Part shown: piece by piece, positions 35,467 to 47,488 of the stretch
How positions within the stretch are numbered: position 1 is the first letter of the stretch
Layout: each line of letters opens with the position of its first letter
Assembly: GCA_002269645.1 (NCBI GenBank)
Contig: NIVC01000895.1
Span: 1 to 64,000 of the forward strand
Direction: 5' to 3'
Source of the DNA: Macrostomum lignano
Lineage: Eukaryota
Length of the DNA: 64,000 nt
The notes under the pieces: generated by a model
Told to the model about the DNA's origin: nothing
Database searches by the model: none
Seen by the model: only the letters and a program-made list of their open reading frames with translations
Made by a program: the position numbers and the translations under genes

Positions 35467-38400
35467 ATGAATAAATTATTAACTGTACTGACCGCTGGCC
35501 TGTCGATAGCGACACTGTTTTCAATCCTATGCTTCCATGGCAAACTCAGAGGCACGCCGGAAGAACTGACGACAGCAGTTCAGCATGACGGCTTGGAGCC
35601 ACCGATGATGATGCGACCTGCAGCGATTGACAGTCACGTGTCTGACAGCCGGAACGACTCCACTGCAAACAAATTAATTTATTTGAGCGTTCGGCTGCCT
35701 TCGGTTTGCTCGGTGGAGACTTGCCGAGCTGACTACATCAAGCACCTGCAGCAGGTTGGCGATGCGTTCCCCATCCCGAAGATTCGTCACATCCTATGGA
35801 AGAGCAAACTTGTGTCCAGCTACTTTGCCGAGCAGCTGCTCTCCTGGAAGAGAATTCATCCGGACTGGACCTACGTGTTGTGGCGCGACGAGGACTTGGA
35901 ACCGTTTGTTGCTACCCAGTTCCCCGGGTTGCTAAGCAAGTACAAGTCGCTGCAGCATCACATCATGCGCGTTGATATGATCCGCTACATGTTGCTATTC
36001 AAGGTGAGAGCATATCAACGTGTAATTGCACTGAAAGCAATGTCCATGTCAATCATTTATCGATGGCTGATTGAGAAGCGTATAATCTTAAAAGTACAAC
36101 TACATTAAGTTTTTGGTTGCAAGTGTCAATTTACTGTTTAAACTGCTTCTGTTCAAACTCCTATCCTTCATTTTTAGGAAATTTGCATGTAGTACTTGCT
36201 ACTAGCTGAGACATCGATTTTTGGACTTTATGAGTAAAGGATTATTGCACTAGATAAGAAAATGATTATTTCACCAGCTGAGAAGCTGATTATTGCGCTG
36301 TCTAAAAAGAGATCATTGCGCTAGCTGAGACGTGGATTGTTGCACAACCTGAGAAAGCGATTATTGCATTAGCGGAGGTAACATTTGAACTAGCTACTTG
36401 CTTGCTATCTGGGGGATGCTTGCTCTCGAGGGGGGATGGGTACTTGCTACTTAGGAGAGGGGGGTTACTGGCTACGTGTATGGGATTCTTTTTATCCAGG
36501 GGTGCTTGCTTTTTAGGGATGCTTGCTATCTGCAGGATGCTTGCTATCTGCAGGATGCTTGCTATCTGCAGGATGCTTGCTATCTGGGGGGATGCTTGCT
36601 ATCTGGGGGATGCTTGCTATCTAGGGGATGCTTGCTATCTGGGGGATGCTTGCTATCTGGGGTTGCTTACTCTTGGAGGGGGTGCTTGCTATCTGGGGTT
36701 GCTTACTCTTGGAGGGGGTGCTTGCTATCTGGAGGATGCTTGCTATCTGGGGGGGATGCTTGCTATCTGGGGGATGCTTGCTATCTGGGGGATGCTTGCT
36801 ATCTGGGGGATGCTTGCTATCTGGGGTTGCTTACTCTTGGAGGGGGGGTGCTTGCTATCTGGGGTTGCTTACTCTTGGAGGGGTGCTTGCTATCTGGGGG
36901 ATGCTTGCTATCTGAGGGGGATGCTTGCTATCTGGGGGATACTTACTATCTGTAGGATGCTTGCTATCTGGAGAAATGCTTGCTTTCTTGGGATGTTTTC
37001 TATTTAGGGAGGATGTCTGTTATCTTTGTGAAAGCTTTATTTTGTCGTCTTAGTTAATTTTCGAAAAAAAGACATTCATTGCAAACATTTTTGCCCGTGA
37101 CAATTTTACTTGAATAAGGTGACTTTCTGAAGAAGGAATTGGTTCTTAAGAAAATGAGCTTTTTAATTTTTCCATCAATAATTTTTGCTCTTTGCTTATT
37201 GGACGCCCCTTGTCAGCTAATTTCCATCAAAGCGCAGTGCTGTACCCATGCAGCCTTCAAACTCATATTTTTCTCTCGTAGTTACACTGAGTCAGACTCA
37301 ATCCAAGGACTACTTAAGTAGATATATAGATTACTTCAGTCGTCCTTGACTCAGTCGCGCGTATACGATCTACCTTTCTCTTCCTTTTTCTCCAAACAAA
37401 CTCTTTCCTATAAATTTTTAATGTGTGGTATAATTGGGCCAAAGTAGGCAATAACCTTCGCCCTCTGATTCCCATGCCATGTTGTTAGCATTCTAGTTGA
37501 GTTGACGTTTTCCAGAGCGCTCTCCTCCCGATTCGTACTTGAAAGCATAGCAAATAATCTACGTGCACTGCCAAATCATGCGTTGAACTCTTAAAGCTCA
37601 TAAACATAATCTACCATATACATATAGGTTGCTCGGGCAGCAACGGCCACGATTCACATGCGCTAAGCCCCTTAAACCCCATACTGCTAGTCGTCCCTGC
37701 GCTGGCCTTGAAAATAATCGTATCACGTCCACGATTTGCGTGGACAAACTGGTCTAAAATCAGCAAATTTATTTGCCACTTCATTGACAGTTTCTACGAC
37801 GCATAGATACGAGTAAGCTGTAGGGCTTCTACAGATTATCTTACGTAGATTGCTATGATTTTTTTGAAAAAAAACGCGCTACTGAAGAGTAGTAAGATGT
37901 AAATAAATGAAGAAAAAAGACAGGTAATTTAAAAAAAAACTAAAGACACCAAACTTAAAAGATGCCAATTGTCTGTCGATTCTCAACGTGTACTTCTAGA
38001 TTACTAAAACATTTTCCTACTCGACAGTCCTGTTTATCAGCATCTCTAGCAATGACTCTAAAATCGCTCACAAACAGCCAACGCCCTCTTTATTCTCCCG
38101 ACCCGCAGTTCGGCGGCGTCTACGCAGACCTGGACTACACCCTCGTTCGCAGCATCGACCAGTTCCGCCGCTTCCACGCCGTGGTGACCAGAGAGCCCGA
38201 TCCGCACTCGCTGCAGTTCCTCGGCATGCACTGGCCCGTGAAGCCGCTGGCGAGTCCCGCCTTCCTCATGTCCACCCCCGGCCACGCATTCCTGCACTCC
38301 GTCATGCAGCAGCTGGAAAGTCGGACTCTGACTTCGTTTAGCGTTGCAGGACCGTTCGGTCTGACCGAGTTCTTGGAGCGATACCAGCGAATCTTCCCCG

Positions 38401-38762
38401 TGGCCAACCACCCTCTGGAGACCGTGTACATACCGCCAGCTCACAGCTTCTATCCCTACGGTGACAACCGCCTCAGCAGCAGCAGAATTCCCTACACACA
38501 GGAGCGACTGAGGGCGCTGAAGGGAGCCTGCCAGTCGCTTGTGGGCAAATCAGTGAGCAAAAACCTGACCCAATACTGCTCCAATGTGGACAACCTGGAC
38601 CCAATCACAGACCGCAATCAGCCCGTGTACGCTGTGCACGACCTGAAGAAGACCGGCTCAATCTGGTACGGCGCTGGGACGAAGTTTTACAACGACAATT
38701 TGACGGACTGCAGTAAAATCTTTCAGCGGTTCGTGCTGGGCCCGGAGCTCTATAAGTCTTAG
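35467..38762 (+). CDS. GT32 (DXD) glycosyltransferase, SUR1/OCH1-like, type II membrane protein; 2 exons: 35467-36003, 38109-38762
   Basis: N-terminal signal anchor, IPKIRHILW, WKRIHPDWTYVLWRD, RVDMIRYMLLFK|FGGVYADLD (DxD), then PGHAFL and AGPFGLT. Phase-0 intron. Confidence 0.87.
36400..37005. repeat. Minisatellite of about 17 bp (GGGGATGCTTGCTATCT) in the GT32 intron
   Basis: Direct reading. Confidence 0.9.
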
Positions 38763-39662
38763 ATTAGATCTGGTATCCAATGATTACCTATGCTGGTCAT
38801 TGTCTGGTTGTGAGATATCTTTTGATAAGCCAAATTCTCTGTGTCTTATGGCTGTGCAATTTTGGTTAGTTTAGTTTAAATTTTTCCAACATACAAAAAC
38901 AGTTTTTTTTTACTTTTGTAATTATTTATAAATGAGACTGCGTGTTCGCTAAACTATTTAATTTTACTTTTATATTGTATACCTGTGTGGTTGTGCCTAT
39001 GTCTGCCAAAATATAGATATGATTTTCATGTTCTGTGTACTATTTTGTCATACATCAAATCTGCGATCGAAATGATGAGCTCTACTTGTTTGTACATCAT
39101 TTTTGCTTCTATTTTGAGTGAAGTGCGATAATATTGATTCAGCGTACATAAATGCGCAGATTCTTACAGCAGTAAACTGGAAGATTCTTAAATTTGAAAC
39201 AGGTGCCATAGCCAACGAATTTTTAAACTTATACAGTTTTATATTCTGGATGGTTTAAGAGGACTTCTAAGGAGAGAAAATCCATGAAGATGATAACCAT
39301 AGACAAAAAATGAACAGTAATTATATAAAGCAAAGGTTATATAATGTTCGGTACACGCGCTCATATAAACTTATGTTTTTGGGTAGCAATCATAGACATT
39401 GCTGTTGGTTTATATCTGTACTATCGTTATATTGTCTTACTTGGGCTTGAGATATTCCTGCACGACAAAGACTGCGTATATGGTCTATGGCCACTGATAA
39501 ATTACTCAACACAAAACGGTTCATTAAATGAAATAGTCTATGGCCACTCCGAGTGTCACTCAACACAGCGTTGAGGTCTGATTAGTGTTTCAGCAATCCC
39601 GTACCAAAAGTTCGTTTACGCCAAACTTAGAAATCATTCTATTGTTTTTTGGCTTTACAGTA

Positions 39663-40412
39663 TCAAAACACTTCCTGACACTCGCAGATGTATTTATGCT
39701 GATCGGTACAAGCGAAATCGTCAATACCAATGTTATGATTGCTGTTAGTGCGAATGCATCCCTCAATGGGCAAGCCTTTGTTGGGCCTGCCCGGTTCCCA
39801 CACTTCGGCTCGGATGCTCTCGTTGCACGCGTCCCAGATCCAGCCTTCACTGATACTTTCTGAGCCTGGGATCTGGTGGCCTCCCAGGAACAAGCTCTCA
39901 ACCGGAACGTTCGACACGTTCTTGATCCACATTAGGTGGCCAGTTTCGTCGGTGTCCCGAGCGTCAGCGAATTTTGACAAGCCGGCCTCCTCGTTGCATC
40001 TGGCAAAGGCTTCTTCCCAGCTGGCCGCGGCCGAACCCGACACCTTGTAGGCCGTGCCGAACCGAGCGAACTCGTATCCGGGAGGACACAGGCGACCCGC
40101 CGCTACTCCGGCCATTGATCTCACGTACACGGTCACCAGGTGAGCACAGTTGGGCTCTGACTGTACTCGGTGACTGCACTTGTCGAACAGGAACAGCTTG
40201 CAGACACAGTCACCAGAGGGCAGCGTGAAGGCCTGGCAATTGGACGTCTTGGCACAGAAGAGGCTGCAGGACAGCGGGTCGCACAGGCCCCACACGATGT
40301 TGGTGAATTCGGGCCGAACGCAATCAGCTCCAGTGGTCTTGTGGAAGGCGGCCTTCTGTATCGTGCAAGCGGCAGCAGCAGTCACAGCCACGCAGAACGT
40401 CATAAAAGTCCG
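39663..40412 (-). CDS. Secreted PAN/apple plus C-type lectin domain protein
   Basis: Cys pattern C..FC....NCQAF....C.L (PAN-like), followed by CTLD motifs CPPGY, SWEEAFARC, LFLGG, W.W, WEPGRPN, EGC and DDFAC....YICE. Acceptor TTTCAG before 40412; in-frame ATG at 40403. Confidence 0.78.
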   Translation of the reverse strand, partial: RTFMTFCVAVTAAAACTIQKAAFHKTTGADCVRPEFTNIVWGLCDPLSCSLFCAKTSNCQAFTLPSGDCVCKLFLFDKCSHRVQSEPNCAHLVTVYVRSMAGVAAGRLCPPGYEFARFGTAYKVSGSAAASWEEAFARCNEEAGLSKFADARDTDETGHLMWIKNVSNVPVESLFLGGHQIPGSESISEGWIWDACNESIRAEVWEPGRPNKGLPIEGCIRTNSNHNIGIDDFACTDQHKYICECQEVF

Positions 40413-40949
40413 CTGAAAGCAAAGAAGCATGTCGGAAAATTTTTACGCAATCTTTAGTTAGGCGGAGAGTAAGTTTTCTTGAAGCTTTGAAGCTTTAAAG
40501 TAAAATCTACATACGAGCTATATATATTATCGTATATAGTATCGTTTTAGCTGCGATTGCCTCCACTGATGGACGCTGTTTGCATCCTACCGGACGTGTT
40601 ACTTTGCACACAATAGCTTAGCTAGCAGATCTACCATCAAGTTTCTTCTCAAATCTACCTGAAGAAAACATCACCTGCCTCCCAAACGTTTACTCAGCTC
40701 TCCGGAACCTTAATCGTCTTCTTTCTTTTTGTGATCCATTTCCTGAGTCAACAGAATGGGTAAAAACTGTTCGACTCATTGTTTCCGTTGCGATCTTTTG
40801 TTTTTTTAGTTTCCGTTTTCAGGTTGCTTCCTCCAGAGCCTTCATCGACAAGCTGCTAGACTTCTCGGCCTGGTGAAATTTACAATTAAAGAAGCTTGGC
40901 GGCTTAAAAACACTGCGAATGAAGATGCAATGCATTTTAGCAAGATTGA

Positions 40950-41290
40950 CTAACGGGTAAACCTACCTGACTAACGGGTAAACCTACCTGACTAACGGGT
41001 AAACCTCCACCTGACTAACGGGTAAACCTACCTGACTAACGGGTAAAGCTACCTGACTAACGGGTAAACCTCCACCTGACTAACGGGTAAAGCTACCTGA
41101 CTAACGGGTGAACCTACCTGACTAACGGTAATGAGTGCCTGCGACGCCAAAATGAGTGCCTGCGGCGCTAAAATGAATGCTTGCGGCGCCAAAATGAAGT
41201 GTCTGCGGCGCCAACATGAAGTGTCTGCGGCGCTAAAATGACTGCCTGCGGCGCCAAAACGAGTGCCTGCGGCGCCAAAATGAGTGCCTC
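40950..41290. repeat. Two abutting 21-bp arrays: ACCTGACTAACGGGTAAACCT, then an inverted copy of the 8.7-kb satellite (AAAATGAGTGCCTGCGGCGCC)
   Basis: Direct reading; junction at about 41130. Confidence 0.88.
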
Positions 41291-41872
41291 TATTGATGCA
41301 GTTCGACGATTTAAACGTTTAAATCTGGTTTAACAAACAATTGATAAACGGAGACACACAAGTTATTATAATAGATAATTGCTGGTTTACAAAATATTTA
41401 AAATACAATTAAATGTAATTTGCATGGTAAAATATACCACAAAATATATCAATACGAGCTCGAACGTTCAACACACGCATCCAATGCAAAAAATTCTTTT
41501 CTATGTTTGTTTGTTTGTTTGGTACATGATTTACATTATTGTTAAATATATGAGACGTAACTTTAAAGCAGACGCAGCAAAAAAATTCAGTACAGGGATT
41601 AAGAAACATCTTTGTGTTGCATGTTTTTCTGATCTACTAGAGGAGCGATTTTACAGTACTATCAGTAGATTGATTGGGACATATTTACTATAGATGAATA
41701 TTTCGTGTGTTTTATAGCTGCATGTAGTACTCACGCTGTCAAAGCGGTGATGACTCCCGACAGACCGTCAGACCTGTTCTGCACGATGTCTGGAGAGCTG
41801 AAGCGGTAGGACACGTTGTTTCTACTGGGGATAGGCTAGGTGCTTTCGGTGCCGAGTTCCTAGTCTGCAAAG

Positions 41873-42058
41873 GGGCCGTAGCCCAGTGGTCCGCTGGCTC
41901 TGATATGTGCCAGCGGCCCAGGCTCGATTCCAAGTGCAGTCGCTTTAAATTTGTGGCTAAATTGGAATCCCGGCTTTGGCTCTGCTCGTTCAATTAACGC
42001 CCAGCTTGCGGGCCAACCCCCAAGGCACAGTGAAATGTGCAGCTTAACGACAAATAAA
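41873..42058 (+). mobile_element. SINE-like element, 5' (tRNA-related) part
   Basis: GGGCCGTAGCCCAGTGG (A-box) and GGCTCGATTCC (B-box); homologous to the copy at 24113. Confidence 0.72.
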
Positions 42059-42574
42059 GAAATTCTGTTCCAAACATGAAAATGGCTTTCTAATTAAGAA
42101 GCGACCCAGCATTCAAGCTGAATCCAAAATTTGCGAACAGTACGAGGACTTGAAAATTTACGCTGTTCGATTTTTCTTCGAAGTATTCAGACTGCTCTGA
42201 GCTTCCGAAACAGTGACTGCCAAATCTGAAAAGAGATCGCATGCCTGTCACTCAAATTGTATTGTGATCGTGATCTGTTCATTCAATGCCTCATTGTAAG
42301 CCTCAAAGAAGAATGGGCAAATCAGCTGCAGCATCCCCTGTAAAAAATGAAGTAACCTGTTTTGGATAGGTTCAGCCTACTTCATTCCAGTAATTATTTT
42401 CTGCTTTGTTCTACTCGTAAAATAATTTGGGCCAAAAAATCAAGCGGCTAGAGAAGCATAAAAGTGTGCACCCCCATGACAGCTTCTTCGTAGAGGATCT
42501 GTGTCTGAATTTCAGCATTCTCTTCGTTAGAAAGTGTGTGCATCTCTGCATCTCCAGTTTGCGCTTTAGTTGCT

Positions 42575-43240
42575 ATGGATGAAGCTCGAATTCTTCTGAT
42601 CATTCTTGTAGTGCTGCTTCTGCAAGTTGGCTTGTCCCAGCAGCAAGCCGCGTGCCCTTCACCGTTCAACATCGAGGCCGGCAAGTGTGCATCTTCGTGA
42701 ACGATTCTAAAGATTTCACCTGGTGCGAGGCCAACCGACAGTGCGCAGCGATCGGAGGCAACCTCATCAACTCGTATGAGCATGTACAACTCAGGCCAGT
42801 TGTGGCTCGGAGTGACCGACCTCGCGGACGAGCGACTGGCATCTCGGTCAGGCTGGCAGACGGTCAACGACAAGGGAGTTCTGCCGCTGGACGACATGCT
42901 GTGGGCACGCGGGATGTCGAACAGCAACGGGAATCAGGACTGCGTGCTCCTGTCAAACGACAACAGCCATCAGCTTGTCGATCAGCAATGCCAAAATAAG
43001 CTGATGACCAAGGGTTTTGCAGGCGAATTGGCTCTTGCGCCAACTGGGTGCAGGTGCCCTTCAAACGCACTGAATACAATAACCAGTACTGCTACATCGA
43101 GCTGCAGCAAGTGCTCGAACAGTAGGAGCGTGCTGTACAACAAAAACCTTCGCAAGTGCCGACTGCTGCAGTTCAGTGAAACCCAGGTTGAGCAGGAGAT
43201 CGAGAACAGCGACGACTGGGTGAAGTTTGTGCTGCAATAA
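42575..43240 (+). pseudogene. Frameshifted C-type lectin plus PAN/apple gene
   Basis: Signal peptide MDEARILLIILVVLLLQVGLS and CPSPF, then a frameshift near 42687 into CIFV...TWCEANRQCAAIGGNL, a second frameshift near 42770 into LWLGVTD...W...QDCV...DQQC, and a degraded PAN end (RSVLYN...CRLL). Confidence 0.7.
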
Positions 43241-44429
43241 GAACGCATGCAAGCTCATCCAGCATCTGGTCACGATATGTCAAATATGAACTTGAACTCA
43301 ATGAGGTTTATAAAGAAATATTTCCAACTCGCATATTTTTAAACGAATCTCTGCACATTCTATTCTGCATGCATATTCCTCAAGATATGTATGTCCCACC
43401 AGCAGTCTTTCGCTGATGCATTCCGCAGAAATAACGCTTATTGATCAAATTACCTACTGTTAATTAATTTGCTATTTCTATTTACACTCCCTCCTAATTC
43501 GCTTTTTTTCTGACTGCGCGTGCATCGGTAGTAAATATTAATGCTGAGGAACAACTTCAGGACGTAAAATGAGCATTGCACAACCGTATTTGAATGTGCT
43601 TTTTTATTTTGGATAGCTGGATTCAACCTACTCCTTGACTTAAACTTGCAATTCAAGCCAAAATTCTACTAAAAACTACTAAAGACATACCTGCAGTTTC
43701 CACACATCAAATACACTTGAGCAGTTCAGCAAGAAACAATTTCAATTGGCATCTCTAAATTTTTTTTACTGAGTCGCATTAAATAAAGCAGCTGGATTTC
43801 ATTCACTAAACTTTGATTGACAGGGTCTCTGTTGCTTCTCATTCAGGATTCGAACACAATGACTCAATTGGACTTTCAGGATTTGCAATCCCCGTGTCCG
43901 CAGCACGAACCCAGACTCCTTAAAAAGCGTTTCTGTCAGTCCAATGTCTGGAAAGCTCTGTCTGGACGCCATAACGCTAGTAGTCTCTAGAAATCTCTAG
44001 AAAGACACATAGATTGGAAGAAGCATTTCCCTAATAGATCTGTGAATTTCTCTATTTTCTTACGAGAAGTATTGTAGACATCGACTTTTGCATAAATAGA
44101 TAGCACACTGTTATTACTAGCCTAAAAGTATACACAATATTATATTACTAGCTATATCGCAACAGGATCCCGGGTGTCTCAGATACCAGCGTTGGAGAAG
44201 GTCAAGATGTACTGAAGACCTACCGGTAATCAAAGATCCATTCATTAATACGTCCAAATTAGTATCAGTAACTATATTGAATTGTTTCCGGATGTTTTAA
44301 CCAGAAAATGTTTACCCTTCAAAAATCAAACAATTTAGATGAATTAAAATGAATTGCAGTCTTGTTGAATACGACGATTTTTACCTTGACGGTGGATTAT
44401 CTGGATTAATCAGGATTAGCGATATATAT

Positions 44430-44545
44430 TGAACTTTGCCTTGGGGTTGGCCCTCAAGCTGCAGGGCCAAGATTCCAATTTAGCCCCAAATTAATGTGAC
44501 TGCACTTGGAATCGAGCCTGGGCCGCTGGCACATCAGAGCACCAC
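44430..44545 (-). mobile_element. SINE-like element fragment
   Basis: The reverse complement contains CAGCGGCCCAGGCTCGATTCCAAGTGCAGTCACATTAATTTGGGGCT, as at 24150. Confidence 0.7.
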
Positions 44546-45084
44546 TTGAATGGCGCGGAACTGCCCCCCGTCTGCTTTCAACGCATGAATTTCAACAATA
44601 AGCATGGACCTTAACTGGAGAAAGAGACAGTTTTTAAAAGTGCTTAAAATTTTCTATCTTAAAAACCTTGAATACTACAAAGGCTAAAGTACTCGTATTG
44701 TACCTAATGACCCAAGAAGTTCGAGACAGTGAAAATTCTAGCAGAATTCATCAAAAACATTACACATGTTAGGATAAAACTACCATGAGCATATTTCCTT
44801 CGTTGTATGAATTAGTTCAACTAATTCTAATAATCATAGAAATAGAATACAAAAAACCAGCATTAATAAAAATAATAATAAGATTTTCCAAAAATGGATA
44901 TTAGTTAGAATTGTATTCAATAAAACACGCAATAAAATGTAGAAATAAAATTAGCTGTTAGAGATTCGAGCTGTTAGAATTAGCTGTTAGAGTTATAGAG
45001 ATTCGTTACTTTTTTAATGAACGTAAGAACTTTGTGAAGCACATTGTCAGTCGAAAAAGGACAAGTTTTTTAAAAACCACAAAG

Positions 45085-45700
45085 TACTAGAATAACTAGA
45101 TGGGCCACTAAGCACATTTGTGTTTAAGCTACTTTCAGTTCAGTAGCAAGTTAAACAGAAGCATTTTACTATATTTTTAAAGCCAAAGCTCATTTTATTG
45201 GCTCCTACCGCCTAGCTTAAACCCTACAACCGCGTTTTCCACACTACCCCCGCCCCGCCCCAATTTTTATTGCCTTTCTCGGAATTCCAGCCTATACCGC
45301 CTAGCTTAAACCCTACAACTGCGCCTTTCCACACTACCCCCCGCCCGCCCCTATTTTTTATTGCCTTCTCGGAATTTCAGCCCTATACCGCCTAGCTTAA
45401 ACCCTACAACTGCGCCTTTCCACACTACCCCCCGCCCCGCCCCAATTTTTATTGCCCTTCTCGGAATTCCAGCCAAAAGCTGCAATGTACATTTTAGTGG
45501 ACTGGCTAATGTACATTATTGCTCAACCAATTAGCAAGTTGTTTACGCCTACAAAGCTTGGGGCTTCTCAAAGTCATTTCAGCTGCCTTTATTTTTATAA
45601 AATTAGCTTATGCATTCTTCTTTGCTACTGAACTGAAAGTATATAGAAAGCTGTTTTACCAAGTATATATGCCTGAGTGGCCCATCCAGTTATTTTAGTA
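45085..45700. mobile_element. Foldback/MITE-like element with bipartite inverted ends and three internal tandem units of about 95 bp
   Basis: AATAACTAGATGGGCCACT (45091) pairs with AGTGGCCCATCCAGTTATT (about 45676-45694), and ACTTTCAGTTCAGTAGCAA (45131) pairs with TTGCTACTGAACTGAAAGT (45622). Tandem units at 45205-45470. Confidence 0.65.
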
Positions 45701-45820
45701 TCTTCAAACTAAACCAAATGGAGATTCGTAGCGTTATTCTTCGCGTCTATTATTTAAAACAAAACGGAACGTAAGAACTTCACGACACAAATCGTTTGTC
45801 AAAAAGGACAACAAGTTCTT

Positions 45821-47488
45821 TTAAAACTGGATAGCAACCAGCTTCTTGGACCAGGCTTCATCAGACTCGGCACAGTCCAGCATGAACTTGGCCACGTTAG
45901 CCCTGGACATTCGTCTGTCAGCAGCTTCCGGCACGAATTGCCCTTCGGCAGCTTTCAACTCTCTCTGCTCGTCCAGCGGCTCATTGGTTAAACCTGGCGG
46001 CTTCACCACGGTGAAGTTGATGTCGGAGCACTGTTCAGTCAGGTGACACTCAGCGCGCCAAAAGTCGTCCATGTTTCGGCCGATTAGAAGCGGCTTGATC
46101 AGCCATTCGACCAGCTTCGGGTGCTCGGGACGATAGACGGTGCACTGCGCTGTCAGCAGGATGAACCGGGACACCTTGGCTGATCGCATGGCTGTCACGA
46201 TTGCTGGCACAGCGTCCGTCATCAGGTCGATGCGGAACAGGCTGACTGTGGCGCCCAGGGCTGACAGAACCGCGTCGCAGCCTGCGGATTTCAACATGTA
46301 GGAAGCAAAGCTGGAGCATCTGAGATCTGAGCATGATGCACATTGCACCACTCATGACTTACGACCCGGTCTGTCTATGACCTAAACTGTCGATGAACCA
46401 AACTTTCTATGAACCAAACTGTCTATGACCTAAACTATCTATGAACCAAACTGTCTATGACCTAATCTGTTTATGATCTAAACTGTCTATGACCTAAACT
46501 GTCTATGACCTAAACTGTCTATGACCTAAACTGTCTATGACCTAAACTGTCTATGACCTAAACTGTCTATGAATCAAACTGTCTATGAACCAAACTGTCT
46601 ATGACCTAAACTATCTATGACCTAAACTGTCTATGACCTAATCTGTCTATGTTATAAACTGTCTATGACCTAAACTTTCTATGACCTAAACTGTCTGACC
46701 TAAACTGTCTATGACCTAAACTGTCTATGACCTAATCTGTCTATGACCTAAACTGTCTATGACCTAAACTGTCTAGGCTCCTGTGTGAGTGTGTGCCTGC
46801 GTACGTATCCGCGCGCTTGTATGCCTGCTCAGGGGAGTCGGCGGAATGGGCAGTAATGCCTCTCGCCGGTTGTGTGCCTATGTCGCTTAAAGTGCGCCAG
46901 GTTGCACACAACCCCCCTGCCTCTAATAAAAAAAACTGTCTATGACCTAAACTGTCTATGACCTAAACTGTCTATGACCTAAACTGTCTATGACCTAAAC
47001 TGTCTATGACCTTAACTGTCTATGACCAGATCTATCAATTACCGAATCTATTTTATGACCAATGAATAATTTTAAGCATGCATAAATCTATTTATGATCG
47101 AACCTATCAATGACGAAATCTATCTATGAACAAGTTTTTTATGACCAATTGTATCAATCGTCAAATCTATTTTTCCAAATCTATTTATGACCAAATGAAT
47201 GAGCAAGTCTTTGACCAAATCTACCCAACCAAACACAGCACAAGCTATACAGAAAATCAACCAACCATCGAAGGCCTCAGCCAGAAGTTTCTGCTCGGCC
47301 TCTCCAGCGGCAGCCGACATGTCAGGCACCTGTTTGACTGTCAGGCCAGGCTGTGTCAGCCTGTCAGAGCCCAGCTTATCCGGGCTGCGGACCACAGCGA
47401 CCACCTGGTGGCCCCTGGCAAGTGCCTGATCTACCAGCAGCAACCCAGTGGGGCCCGTGGCTCCCAGGATGGCAAGCTTCATCGCCAT
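45821..47488 (-). CDS. BLVRB: Flavin reductase/biliverdin reductase B-like, copy 1 (intact); exons 47488-47266, 46281-45821
   Basis: KLAILGATGPTG (GxxGxxG), GHQVVAVVRSPDKL, GCDAVLSALG and FTVVKPPGL...MSRANVAKFML. Phase-1 GT..AG intron. Confidence 0.85.
46372..47030. repeat. 16-bp minisatellite (CTATGACCTAAACTGT) in the copy-1 intron
   Basis: Direct reading; interrupted by a SINE fragment. Confidence 0.93.
46776..46935 (+). mobile_element. 5'-truncated SINE copy with A-tail inserted in the satellite
   Basis: Matches the 3' part of the 24113 element (about 24310-24475) and ends in AATAAAAAAAA. Confidence 0.75.

Noticed and set aside
41745-41805. GTGATGA...CTGA resembling a C/D snoRNA
   Set aside because: Short spacing, no terminal stem (the flanks are direct repeats) and no identifiable guide.
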